Counted from the whole stretch's first letter, positions 10,301-19,095 are shown. The stretch: DNA of 63,999 nucleotides, filler included, from Chlamydiia bacterium (GCA_903848235.1; 9 parts of 9 records of this genome joined end to end with filler, not necessarily neighbours in it); one strand, 5' to 3'. Program-made: numbers and translations. Notes: generated by a model from the letters alone, not told the origin.

Positions 10301-10591
10301 CGCATCGCTCAGAGAAGGCTTGTTGAAGAACATCGAGTTTTGCAAATGGGATCTGATACCTGCGACGAGCCTAATTCTGATTTTTCTCTTGGTGCTGCGA
10401 CAGCCGCCGCCTATTGGTTCACAAGACGTCTGAAAAGGAGACGGGGGCACTCCGGCTGCGAATCACTTGAGTCGGCCCACAGCCCAGAGGGGCTTCCTAC
10501 AGTCCGCCTGAGTGAAGAGTCGTTGTCGTTTGAAAATCCCGAAGCCGTTCGCCTCGCACAAGAAGACCAAATTCGTTATCCAAAGTATTAA
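7349..10591 (+). CDS. Large TPR-repeat protein with orphan N-terminal half
   Basis: Successive TPR units (e.g. WAHLVLGNLYMQERSFSKALDHLEKFLKVNP); Pro-rich linker; internal 40-aa duplication. Confidence 0.85.
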   Translation: MNPINVSVRQDLDGGVSFVVEDNGVMYEGPDALAHLHSVPDPKLRFSLEQRVSSLSQEQLFPTIPQGESFEGPPCEVFPTHLLLPLKAILKFCQRGDNATSIATGRAVVGTIGKMTDVCKISQKHIPSHPTYSEVGVGGLKTGAECWAKWQISKKLEQLMAQSLCSMAGLSPGTSVYIGVISLVGSSVALSYEWDNFIDLLGNTSSLCLDALGQIPTILEREAEREGQFALQCREAVEGFFRIASTGCLDALGQIPTVLEREAEREEQFALQWREAIEGLLHKTSTDRKKEGYVPFEYDLTMTGRELLGKRPLESSTKIDLQVSEGEESTQKSTQLGKEATGQTAVQKDPLPEEPPQGEEDPSPQKIHLNFSLNLAFEKKDFVLTPPPPPLPSYWEDRINVRVGPGRVYVGVDFSKNPGGSLEGSIHDPAHWRQENAEYVKAYFAYQDYKTTEVEALKIDHKVMPNPKLGDGHHRVKFDATPLTKENPFDPKHPFQITFAEFKYGFAYKMDREVIGVSDELLPFVEFHRVFFGKGKNAACAQHVCKTKEMKYFEEICDEYIEYKKQESLAFIAGKNFRPAKKNLAIYHQLHPDDLDTCKALMYLCSETGNDTEALTYAYQIPSEKRGADIELWMARMNAQLGHQTESLELYRHYEGVAPEDKTALLEHAILSLQGQEKDKEEARRILAGLETPSSWQLLALDSAQRNSWKEAVEFAEKDPSLKNFSTELRQAASLFFEQQKDFSQSFSMLEPLVDRAEGAEKSTYNYALADLACKQNEFSKAAFYVSEGLKTDSSPDKNVRVSLLGHLQLQTRNVDKALESFQTYLKNAPDDLVIQSLCARLYKDKGDVAKARTTLLGVLEKKPNHVESLILLSNLYIEQKNAFLAVETLERTLAVDPKQNWAHLVLGNLYMQERSFSKALDHLEKFLKVNPKEERALYLAGMAYMETNQLDKAREKFLLMVKHNPNSAVGEHALQVVQQQMTVRIAQRRLVEEHRVLQMGSDTCDEPNSDFSLGAATAAAYWFTRRLKRRRGHSGCESLESAHSPEGLPTVRLSEESLSFENPEAVRLAQEDQIRYPKY
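7970..8209 (+). repeat. In-frame 120-bp tandem duplication (2 x 40 aa)
   Basis: CLDALGQIPT(I/V)LEREAERE(G/E)QFALQ(C/W)REA starting at 7970 and 8090. Confidence 0.9.
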
Positions 10592-10607
10592 TGTAAGGAA
10601 CGTTCAT

Positions 10608-12473
10608 ATGTATGATCCCGTTGGAGAAAGAATGCTTCAAGACACCCAAGACTATCGTCATGCGACGTGGCTTGAGACTCAACGACACAATCGAGAGGTA
10701 GAAAGAGAACAAGCTGCCATGCGTGGTTTAATGGAGAGTCAGGCAAGAATGGATCTTGCACGCCTTCAAGAAGAACAAATGGTGGCAGCCCAATCACGAA
10801 CCCTTCAAAAGATGGTGGAGGTTTTCCAGAAAACCATGGCAAAGGGAACCGCTTATTTTGAAGAGGGGGCCTATCCAGCTGCTATAGCAGAATTTAAGAA
10901 AGCTAAAGATGATTTTACAAGTGGGGAGATCAGGGCCCTTGGAGCGGCTTTAGACGGTGATGATCGATCTCTATTTTCTAATGACGATTTCTTAAGAACC
11001 ACTCGAAGAAAGTGGGAAGAGATTTCTCCTGATTACTATTACAACATGAGTCTGGCCTCATTGCAAAACAAGGACTTTTTCTCCGCTATAGCATCCGCAT
11101 CTCCGCTGATTGAAAAAGAACCCCACAGCTGGAAGGCTTATAACTTGCGAGCCAAGGCAGAGATCCGTCTCGCTAGAAGAGATCACACTGAGTTTCCAGA
11201 GCGCATTGTACAAGATCTTGATGCCTCTTTGCTTCTTTCTGCCAATCAAGAAACAATAAAAGCGCGACGCTATTTTGTCCAAGGTGATTTTCCTCATGCT
11301 ATTAGATTCCTGGAACTAGCATTAAAGGAGCCAATTCCACTTCCTGAACGAATTGAGCTTTTAGAGTTTTTAGGAGACGCATATATCGCAACTAAAAACA
11401 TAGAAAAGGCCCTAGAAGCCTATGAATTGGCACTAAAAAATGTGCCCGATCACCTACAGTTTTTTGAGCAGATTGAAATTCTAAGGACAAAAAGAGGTGA
11501 TATTTTACTAGGAGCGGGCAGGGAAGAAGAAGCCTTTGCAGAATATCGAAAAGCACACGAAGTAAACGAAAAAAACCCCCTATGTTTCATCCCAGAAGCA
11601 AACGGAGGAGCCGCAGAAAAACAGTTTGCGCTCGGTGTAGCGTATTATAACGGAACTCCGGCTATCAAACGAAATTGGACAAAAGCAAAAGAGTGGTTCC
11701 TAAAATGTGCTGAGAAAAAAGATCGTGCCAAATACCTTCTTGGATGGATGCATGAGCAAGGATGGGGTGGCGCGAATAAAAACTTGACTGAGGCCGTTCG
11801 TTTTTATCGGGAATCAACGGAAGGTGATGGGCGGTATAGTGCCGGCTTGTTGCTCTTGAAGGGGGGCGAAGGCCTTGCCGCAGATCCTCGTCAAGCGCTT
11901 GAATGTCTACGGTATGCCGCAGACCATGCAACCCCAAAGTTGCGAACGGAGGCCTCCTTTAAATTAGGTACACTTTTGAGTGAAGGCGAGGGAGTAGAAC
12001 GATCCTTTCCAGAAGCATTCCAAAGATACCAATTTGTGGCTGATTCGACTGTTGAAGGAGTCGATGCTGCTAAAAAGACGATGGCTGCTTATACAATTGG
12101 GGTATGGTACCTGGAAGGAAGAGATGGGGTTCCCAAAAATCTTACCATGGAGGGGTCCTTCAAATATTTACCATCGGCGCACAGAGCTGGATATGCACAA
12201 GCAAAAGCCCCCTATGCCAGGCTGCTTTTTGAGGCTGCTGAAACCTATAGCCAAGATAAAAAAAATGAGGTTCTCGGTAACTATACAAAGGCTGCGGATC
12301 TAGGTCATGCTATGGCCGCATATCGGGCGGGCGAGCTCTATCGCCTTGGCGCTTCAGGCATTGCGAAAAAGCGGGCGCTAGCAAAAAAATATTTACAAAT
12401 AGCTGTTGATCATGGTGTTAAGGAAGCGAAAGCATCACTAGAAGAGATGAATTCTTGGTGTACCATTGCGTGA
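10608..12473 (+). CDS. TPR and Sel1-like repeat protein ending in a CaaX motif
   Basis: Sel1 repeats (QFALGVAYYNG, AKYLLGWMHEQGWG, ASFKLGTLLSEGEGV); TAAGGA RBS before ATG 10608; C-terminus WCTIA. Confidence 0.85.
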   Translation: MYDPVGERMLQDTQDYRHATWLETQRHNREVEREQAAMRGLMESQARMDLARLQEEQMVAAQSRTLQKMVEVFQKTMAKGTAYFEEGAYPAAIAEFKKAKDDFTSGEIRALGAALDGDDRSLFSNDDFLRTTRRKWEEISPDYYYNMSLASLQNKDFFSAIASASPLIEKEPHSWKAYNLRAKAEIRLARRDHTEFPERIVQDLDASLLLSANQETIKARRYFVQGDFPHAIRFLELALKEPIPLPERIELLEFLGDAYIATKNIEKALEAYELALKNVPDHLQFFEQIEILRTKRGDILLGAGREEEAFAEYRKAHEVNEKNPLCFIPEANGGAAEKQFALGVAYYNGTPAIKRNWTKAKEWFLKCAEKKDRAKYLLGWMHEQGWGGANKNLTEAVRFYRESTEGDGRYSAGLLLLKGGEGLAADPRQALECLRYAADHATPKLRTEASFKLGTLLSEGEGVERSFPEAFQRYQFVADSTVEGVDAAKKTMAAYTIGVWYLEGRDGVPKNLTMEGSFKYLPSAHRAGYAQAKAPYARLLFEAAETYSQDKKNEVLGNYTKAADLGHAMAAYRAGELYRLGASGIAKKRALAKKYLQIAVDHGVKEAKASLEEMNSWCTIA

Positions 12474-12495
12474 GGCACAACTATCCCGTGAACCA

Positions 12496-12578
12496 ATTTA
12501 ACTGTCACCGGTGTATACCGGTGACAGTTAAATCCTCGATCTTTTAAGCCATCAAAAAACTGCAACTTTCAGCGGTCA
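12496..12578. repeat. 17-bp-arm hairpin plus a short derivative of the 28508-28648 element
   Basis: ATTTAACTGTCACCGGT-GTAT-ACCGGTGACAGTTAAAT, then CCTCGATCTTTTAAGCCATCAAAAAAC...CAACTTTCA shared with the 28.5-kb element. Confidence 0.75.
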
Positions 12579-13369
12579 CCGGGATATGACAGCAACTGTT
12601 TCAAAATGAGTTGTCTGCGGAAACATGTCATATGCTTTCAGCTTCTGTACATGCCAATGTGCCGCTCGTAAGAGGGCGAGGTCACGGGCCATCGTTGGCG
12701 GCGAGCAGGAGACATACAAGATCCTCTTCGGCCCAATTTCGAGCATACGAGATGTCACTTTAGGGGAGAGTCCACTCCTGGGTGGATTGACGATCATCCA
12801 ATCGCACGGTGCTTTGACGGTAGAGAGAAACTTTTCCACAGAAGACTGTAGAAGGGTGAGGTGGCCTTTTTTGAGGATCTTCTCAGCAGACATTCGTGCT
12901 GCCCGAACCGCTGCTTCTGAAAGTTCTACAGCAGTGACGAAATGTCCACGCTGAGCCAAGCCGATAGCTGTGATGCCGATTCCAGAATAGAGATCAAAAA
13001 TCGTTTGCTCTCGGCCCGAAGAATCTACAATGTCGATAATATCTGCCCACAGCACCTCGCTGAGTGCTTTGTGATTTTGAATAAAAGCATCGACAGAGCA
13101 GTGCCAGGTCGTATGGAAAGCTTCGAATGCAAACTCTGTATTGCCGCTGTCATGCCGCTGTCTGGGCAATCGAAAGGAGACTGTTCGAACAAAGGGAAGC
13201 GAGCATAACTCATGGGTGATCTTTTGTACGGATTCTTTCGAGAGGTGGACAGAGCCCGAGAGGAGAATGGAGACGTTGTTTTGAGGAAGACGGAAGAAGG
13301 TAAGATCCAGCGTTGCAGATGACGTGCCTGGAATTTTGCTGATGATTGCTGTCACCTGTTGCAAATAGG
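12576..13369 (-). CDS. TrmA/RlmD family RNA m5U methyltransferase (5' end cut by contig end)
   Basis: AFIQ, DLYSGIG, VNPPRSG, YVSC and DMFPQTTHFE motifs. Confidence 0.9.
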
Positions 13370-13469
13370 NNNNNNNNNNNNNNNNNNNNNNNNNNNNNNN
13401 NNNNNNNNNNNNNTTAATTAATTAANNNNNNNNNNNNNNNNNNNNNNNNNNNNNNNNNNNNNNNNNNNN
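13370..13469. other. Artificial contig linker; others at 15807-15906, 17776-17875, 28649-28748, 50044-50143, 54260-54359, 58804-58903, 61743-61842
   Basis: Identical 44N-TTAATTAATTAA-44N blocks with stops in all six frames. Confidence 0.98.
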
Positions 13470-13568
13470 CCCTCCTCTTCAAATCCAACCCTAAAACCCT
13501 TCTTCTCTCCATTCCTCATTTATCCTCAACTTCTCCTTCCCGCCCTACTCTAAACTATTAAGGGGAAA

Positions 13569-14411
13569 GTGTCTCATTCTCATTGGCACGGAGGGATATT
13601 CGAACGCTCCTGTGAAATAGGCTTGTGGCTCATGATGCCGGACAAGATATCCAGGATATTCGGCACGCGTATAACCAGACAGCTTAAGGGCAAGCTGAAT
13701 ACAACACTCGAAAAAATCGAACACGGCCATCATATATTTCGGGCATACTGGAAAAATGCTTTCATCAAGCAATACGAGAAGTTCTCAACCTTTTTAAGAA
13801 ACGAAATCTGCTCCAACAACCTTTCGGATTTCCACCTCAAAAAGAATCTGGACAATCTCTTGAAAGTCCGAGAGAAGTTCCTTTCAATAACCGACCGCTT
13901 TGCAGATTTTCAGGCACAGGCCCTCAATGTCCATTTTGATTTTCCCCTGTTCCAGAGACTTGCACTGCCCATAATGCACGGGGCCGTGAAAATACCGGGA
14001 ATTAAAATCCATGACACACGTATTCTGAGGCTAATGGAAGTATTGCTCCATGCCGGAACAACCATCTCAGGTTTCACAACCAATATGATTCATGAGGCTG
14101 TCCTTTCTTCCTTTGGCATACCCGAAGAAAATTATCGCCTGCCCCAACTGAGATATGATCTGAGAAAGCTGAAAGCCCACGGACTACTTGAACGCGACGG
14201 CCGCCGGTATGCCAACAGGCTTACTGACAAAGGGATTAAAACAGCAACCATGTTCGTGCTGTTCCATAAGCGTCTCTGCGGGCCACTCGCCAATACTCTC
14301 TTTAATCACCGCACAAATCCCAAATACCGCTTCAATACCAAAATCGAAAAAGCTTATGACAAGGCTGACGCCTCAATCTTGCAACTTATTGATTTCCTTG
14401 AGGCTGCCTAA
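13569..14411 (+). CDS. C-terminal part of a poorly characterised IS-like protein with a winged-helix domain (likely 5'-truncated)
   Basis: FIKQYEK..FLRNE and LRYDLRKLKAHGLLERDGRRY.NRLT motifs; adjacent to another IS. Confidence 0.55.
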   Translation: MSHSHWHGGIFERSCEIGLWLMMPDKISRIFGTRITRQLKGKLNTTLEKIEHGHHIFRAYWKNAFIKQYEKFSTFLRNEICSNNLSDFHLKKNLDNLLKVREKFLSITDRFADFQAQALNVHFDFPLFQRLALPIMHGAVKIPGIKIHDTRILRLMEVLLHAGTTISGFTTNMIHEAVLSSFGIPEENYRLPQLRYDLRKLKAHGLLERDGRRYANRLTDKGIKTATMFVLFHKRLCGPLANTLFNHRTNPKYRFNTKIEKAYDKADASILQLIDFLEAA

Positions 14412-14463
14412 CATTTCCTTGACTGAAAATACACACATTGCGAGGGTAAGAATCTAAAATATA

Positions 14464-15806
14464 GGGTCTTTCGTATTTTAGTTGATAAGGATTTATAAAG
14501 GCATCGGATAACACCTTTTTCTGGTAAATTATTTTTGGGAAAACAAACTACCGGGAGGTGTATCCGATGCATATGAAGACTATCACAGAACTGCTGAATC
14601 TTCCAAAGTATAAGGTGAAAAAGGTCATTGAGATTACTGATGAAAGCCTGCACCTGGAAGTGACGCCCAAGGAAAAAGAACCACCTATATGCTCAGCCTG
14701 CATGATGGTTCATAATACAAAGATTCATAGCAGGCAGGAAGTAGTTGTCGAGGATATGTGGATGTGCAACAGGAAGGTCTTTCTTCATATTGTCAAAAGA
14801 AAGTCCATATGCATTGAAGACGAAACAATAAGGACAGAACATATTCCCGATCTGCTTGGCAGAAACACGAAGAGATTTTCCGAACATGTTTACAGGCTGA
14901 CATCTATCACCACCAATAAAGAAGCAGGTTGGTTTCTGGGAATCGATGATGAAAGGGTCTATCGAATAGATAAAACCATGCTTGAACAGCTGGCAAAAGA
15001 ACGGCTTGATCCTGTGCCTATTCCGAAACACATGAGTGTTGATGAAGTCGCATGGCAGAAATGGCACAAGTATGTCACCAATGTTGTGGACACTGATTCC
15101 AGGATGGTCATCTGGAACCACCAGGGAAGAGGAAAAGCTGTCTTGGACAAGTTCTATCACAAGCTTGGGAAAGAAAACCGCAAAGAGATAAAAGCCGTTG
15201 CCAGTGACGGAGCAAGGGGTTTCCTCAAATCCACAAGGGAACACACTGATGCGCTGATTGTCCTCGATCATTTCCATGTGAAGATGTACCTCAATAACGC
15301 TCTTGATGCTGTCAGAAAAGAAGAGCTCAAAAAGGCAAGAAAGCAGGAAAACCGTGAACTTGAGGGCATACTCCATTGCAATCAGAGATTCATTATGATG
15401 AAAAACAAGCCTTCCAAGAAGAAAGAAAACATCCTTGAAACTCTTTCACGTCTCAATCAGCGTGTCTATGAAGCAATGCTTCTTAAGGACCAGTTCATTG
15501 AAGTGTATAATGCTCCAAACAAGAAAGCAGCAAGCGTACTACTCGGGAAGTGGATCGTCTCTGCCATAAAGTCGGGAATAAAACCATTTGTGCAGTTGGC
15601 TGACAAGTTCTTCCGTAAGAGACATTATATCCTTAATATCTTCGAACACCGCATCTCTACTGCGATCTCAGAAGGTATTAACAACAAAATCAAAAGGCTA
15701 AGAAGAATGGCTTACGGTTATAGAGATGTCCATTACTTCCTGTTGAAAATCCATCAGCATTGTGGCTTGCTAAATCCTAAGTTATCAACTTAAACACGAA
15801 AGATAG
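14464..15806 (+). mobile_element. ISL3 family insertion sequence
   Basis: Imperfect 25-bp terminal IRs GGGTCTTTCGTATTTTAGTTGATAA (14464-14488) / TTATCAACTTAAACACGAAAGATAG (15782-15806) flank the transposase. Confidence 0.85.
14558..15793 (+). CDS. ISL3 family transposase
   Basis: CxxC zinc finger, SVDE, ASDG, LDHFHV and SEGINNKIKRLRRMAYGYRD. Confidence 0.92.
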   Translation: MYPMHMKTITELLNLPKYKVKKVIEITDESLHLEVTPKEKEPPICSACMMVHNTKIHSRQEVVVEDMWMCNRKVFLHIVKRKSICIEDETIRTEHIPDLLGRNTKRFSEHVYRLTSITTNKEAGWFLGIDDERVYRIDKTMLEQLAKERLDPVPIPKHMSVDEVAWQKWHKYVTNVVDTDSRMVIWNHQGRGKAVLDKFYHKLGKENRKEIKAVASDGARGFLKSTREHTDALIVLDHFHVKMYLNNALDAVRKEELKKARKQENRELEGILHCNQRFIMMKNKPSKKKENILETLSRLNQRVYEAMLLKDQFIEVYNAPNKKAASVLLGKWIVSAIKSGIKPFVQLADKFFRKRHYILNIFEHRISTAISEGINNKIKRLRRMAYGYRDVHYFLLKIHQHCGLLNPKLST

Positions 15807-15906
15807 NNNNNNNNNNNNNNNNNNNNNNNNNNNNNNNNNNNNNNNNNNNNTTAATTAATTAANNNNNNNNNNNNNNNNNNNNNNNNNNNNNNNNNNNNNN
15901 NNNNNN

Positions 15907-16533
15907 ATCCATGTCTTGTAGGGTTGCCTCCCGGTTCTTCTGGTAATCGTCATTGGCAGAGTCGATGGTGATTGCTTTGTTGAAGCAGGTCAAAGCCTCC
16001 TGATATCTTTTCATTTCCCGGAGGACGACACCTTTATTATTCCAGGCGGTGGGATCTTGAGGCTTGATTTGAGTGGCTTTTTCAAAGCATTCCAGGGAGC
16101 CGGAAAGGCTGCCTTCACCGGCCAGAGCCATGCCCATTCCTGTCCAGGCATCAAAATAAGAGGGATTTGTCTGCAGGATCTGGTTGAAGATGACAATAGC
16201 CTCACGGTTTCTATTTAATCCTCGGGAGAGTGCAATTGCTTTCAGGTTTGAAGACTCGGGATTGGAGGCGTTGATAGCAATCGATTTATCAAAACAAGCG
16301 ATGGCATCGTCAAAGCGGCGCATCATGCCCAGTGCTCTTCCCTTATTATTCCACAGCTCCGTGCTGTTCGGCTCCTGCTCCAGGGCCTTGTCATAGCTTG
16401 CAGCCGCTTTTTCAAAGTCGCCCGAGATGAAGTACCCATTTGCCTGATCGGACCAGAACTGTGCCGATTCTCCCATTGCCGGCAGAACATATATCGCCGC
16501 CAGCACCGCGATAATAGTAATTGCAAGTTTCAT
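15907..16533 (-). CDS. Secreted TPR protein, methanogen-like (3' end cut)
   Basis: Signal peptide MKLAITIIAVLAAIYVLPAMG; repeated (L/A)WNNKG TPR units. Confidence 0.85.
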
Positions 16534-16616
16534 AGAGAACCTTTCTTTAACGAAGGGGTAAATATCTCTACCCCTTGGCTTTGCAACCAATTGCAAAAAA
16601 AAGCGCTTGACTTAAC

Positions 16617-17168
16617 CTACCCGTCATCTTTTTTGATTTTCTCCATAAACGTGTTCCATTTTCTCGCCTCGTTAACCTTTCGCCGGGTCAATTCCTCAGC
16701 GTCGTACTCTGTCAGAGTGCCATGTTCTTTCTTCTTCAGGATATCATTGAAGTCCAGAAGCGCTCTAATTATACTTGCAGCTTCATCATGAAGCGCTAGT
16801 GCCTGTTTTTGGGTCAGCTTTGCCACCTTGAGATCTTCCTCATCGATCTTCTCTTTTTTCTCCAATATCTCGATCAACTCGGCAATTTGCAGCCGCTCTT
16901 TCTCTGTGATCTCTTTTTCGTTAATCAATCTCCAGATGAGACTGTGTAGCTCTACTAGGCCCTGCCCGGCATTAATCTCAGGTGGGAGATCCTTTTCACT
17001 CTGATGAAACTTTTTCATCTCGCTTTTTAGATCATTGCCATCGATCTGCATCTGCTCCGGCTCTTTCACCCCTACCCATACCAAAACGTGATGAAGACTG
17101 GCCAGGAGCTTTTTGCGTTCCGCTTCAGTCAGATAGTCGATGATGTCATTTTTTTCAATTTCAGACAT
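16617..17168 (-). CDS. Conserved archaeal hypothetical protein (DUF5788-like)
   Basis: ERKKLLASLHHVLVWVGVKEP start and ARKWNTFMEKI end resemble a euryarchaeal family; coiled coil. Confidence 0.6.
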   Translation of the reverse strand: MSEIEKNDIIDYLTEAERKKLLASLHHVLVWVGVKEPEQMQIDGNDLKSEMKKFHQSEKDLPPEINAGQGLVELHSLIWRLINEKEITEKERLQIAELIEILEKKEKIDEEDLKVAKLTQKQALALHDEAASIIRALLDFNDILKKKEHGTLTEYDAEELTRRKVNEARKWNTFMEKIKKDDG

Positions 17169-17193
17169 GAATCCTCGTTCTAATCGGGGCGGC

Positions 17194-17206
17194 AAAAGTT
17201 TTATAG
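17194..17206 (+). promoter_or_regulatory. Putative archaeal BRE/TATA box
   Basis: AAAAG-TTTTATAG about 25 nt upstream of ATG 17230, the spacing expected for a leaderless transcript. Confidence 0.55.
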
Positions 17207-17229
17207 CTATGCATGCAATGCTATGGTCT

Positions 17230-17286
17230 ATGACACACGAAAGCTCTGTGGGGAATCGTCTTCTACGACGTTCGTTCACTCGTTGA
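17230..17286 (+). CDS. 18-aa uORF MTHESSVGNRLLRRSFTR overlapping the leuA-like frame
   Basis: ATG 17230 to TGA 17284-17286; tandem Leu codons CTT-CTA at 17260-17265. Confidence 0.5.
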   Translation: MTHESSVGNRLLRRSFTR

Positions 17287-17775
17287 TGAAAAGGTCCGCA
17301 TTTTTGACACCACTCTCAGGGATGGCGAGCAGACTCCGGGCGTATCTCTCACCCAGGACGAAAAGCTCAAGATCGCCAGGCAGCTTGACAAACTCGGTGT
17401 GAATGTTATCGAGGCCGGATTTCCCGTATCCTCCAAGGGGGAGTTTGACAGTGTCCGGAAAATCGCTGGGGCGGGCCTGCGGGCCCAGGTCTGCGGCCTC
17501 TCCCGCATTGTGAAAAAGGATGTCCAGGCCTGCCTTGATGCCGATGTGGGCATGGTGCATGTCTTCGTTCCCACCTCCGACATCCAGATAGCTCATACTA
17601 TTAAGAAGAGCCATGACGAGATAGTGGCCAAAGCTATGGAGACGGTGCAGTTTGTCAAGGACAACGGCAGAACATGTCTCTTTTCTGCCATGGATGCCAC
17701 CCGCACCTCGCCGCAGTTTTTGCATCGCATCTTCCGGGCTGTGCAGGAGGCGCACTGCGATATCATCAACATCCC
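17234..17775 (+). CDS. leuA: 2-isopropylmalate synthase family enzyme (LeuA-like); no canonical start codon; 3' end cut
   Basis: Frame open from 17234: KVRIFDTTLRDGEQTPGVSL, IEAGFP, HVFVPTSD, FSAMDATRT; the catalytic RDGEQ lies upstream of the first GTG (17399). Confidence 0.8.
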
Positions 17776-17875
17776 NNNNNNNNNNNNNNNNNNNNNNNNN
17801 NNNNNNNNNNNNNNNNNNNTTAATTAATTAANNNNNNNNNNNNNNNNNNNNNNNNNNNNNNNNNNNNNNNNNNNN

Positions 17876-18226
17876 AAAATCTCAAAAAACCATCCATAGT
17901 GGAGAATAGACTAACTCTAACATCTTTTCTTGACGAGCCAAATCTTCTTTCTGATCATGGATTGAAAATCGGGCATACGCCATTATAGGTAGCTCTTCAA
18001 ACCGACTGGAAGAACGATTTCGAGGATGTAGAGATGATACGGCGTACCGACGCCGGCCTCCGGGCGTCCTTTGAGAGGGAGCCAACATTCCTTGACACTC
18101 CCAACGACGGAGCGTTTGAGGTGAGACTTAAAAAAAAAGTCGGGGGCTTTTCCGATGCTTAAAATCTTAGTCATACTGACCAAATATGATCAGGTATGAT
18201 TAACTACAGAAGAAACTGTTAAAGCC
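17876..18226 (-). pseudogene. Frameshifted IS607 serine-recombinase (TnpA) remnant with its left end
   Basis: MTKILSIG / RTPGGRRRY / AYARFS.HDQKEDLARQ split across frames; minus-strand end GGCTTTAACAGTT followed by short CATA.. repeats. Confidence 0.75.
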
Positions 18227-18330
18227 CCGGTCGAGAGCCAGTAGGATCCACAGGGAATGTCAACACACTACGCACTACTGAATCCACAGATCGGTTGGTC
18301 CAGCATCCGCTTCAGGAGGAGCTATCACAG

Positions 18331-19095
18331 ATGCCCCCTCTAGCTGATCGTTGGAACGCAGAATATTATAAAAAACACTCTGGCAGCCAATTTCAATTGG
18401 GGATGGGGGTCCTTGATTCGTTGCAATTCAAGGTAGACGAGAGAGTCCTTGATGTCGGATGCGGCGAAGGACGACTTACCGTTGAAATAGCAAGACGCAT
18501 TCCCAAGGGCAAAATCGTAGGTATCGATATCTCTGCAAACATGATCCGCGAAGCCCAAAAAACGTATCAAGATGTTTCGAATGTGTCATTTGGACGGATT
18601 GACGCTACCGAGTTTGATGCCAAGGATGTATTTGACAGAGCGGTAAGTCTTGAGACCTTCCACTGGATTGAGGACCAGCCCAAGGCTCTTAAAAATATCT
18701 ATGCCGCGCTAAAACCCGGCGGGCACCTATATATCTTGATGAAGCCATCAAGAAAAAATCCGATATTCGAAGCCATGGAAAGCAAGAAATGGTCCAGTGT
18801 ACTTCAGCAGAGTAAGGCTTATTTTCAAGGACACAGCCCAGAAACAATTACGCCATTGTTGGAACGGTGTGGGTTTGTAAACATTGATGCCCGCATTAAA
18901 GCAAATGAATGTGTTTTTAAAAATCAAAAAGACTTGTGTGATTGGCTGATGGGGTGGGTGCCTTATGCCACGGGTCTGGTGGAAGACAAGGCACAAGAAT
19001 TTGTGCAGGATACTACCCAGGCTTTTAAAAATTGTCCTGGAGATATTGTATGCACCCAGTATTCATTGCATGTTACCGCGCAAAAACCAGGTTAG
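18331..19095 (+). CDS. Class I SAM methyltransferase (trans-aconitate methyltransferase-like)
   Basis: WNAEYY, VLDVGCGEG, GIDISANM, FHWI, LKPGG; AGGAGGA RBS before ATG 18331. Confidence 0.88.
   Translation: MPPLADRWNAEYYKKHSGSQFQLGMGVLDSLQFKVDERVLDVGCGEGRLTVEIARRIPKGKIVGIDISANMIREAQKTYQDVSNVSFGRIDATEFDAKDVFDRAVSLETFHWIEDQPKALKNIYAALKPGGHLYILMKPSRKNPIFEAMESKKWSSVLQQSKAYFQGHSPETITPLLERCGFVNIDARIKANECVFKNQKDLCDWLMGWVPYATGLVEDKAQEFVQDTTQAFKNCPGDIVCTQYSLHVTAQKPG

Noticed and set aside
10512..10607. Long overlap or frameshift fusion between the two TPR genes
   Set aside because: A good RBS and ATG at 10608 remove the overlap
13370..13469. Recurrent TTAATTAATTAA inside N runs, resembling a repeat array
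   Set aside because: Artificial scaffolding linker; ORF ends with X residues are artefacts
17286..17402. ATG 17286 (TGATG coupling) as the leuA start
   Set aside because: It is in the third frame, stops near 17402 and does not encode RDGEQ
17263..17755. Minus-strand ORFs of 106 and 159 aa
   Set aside because: Antisense shadows of the leuA-like gene
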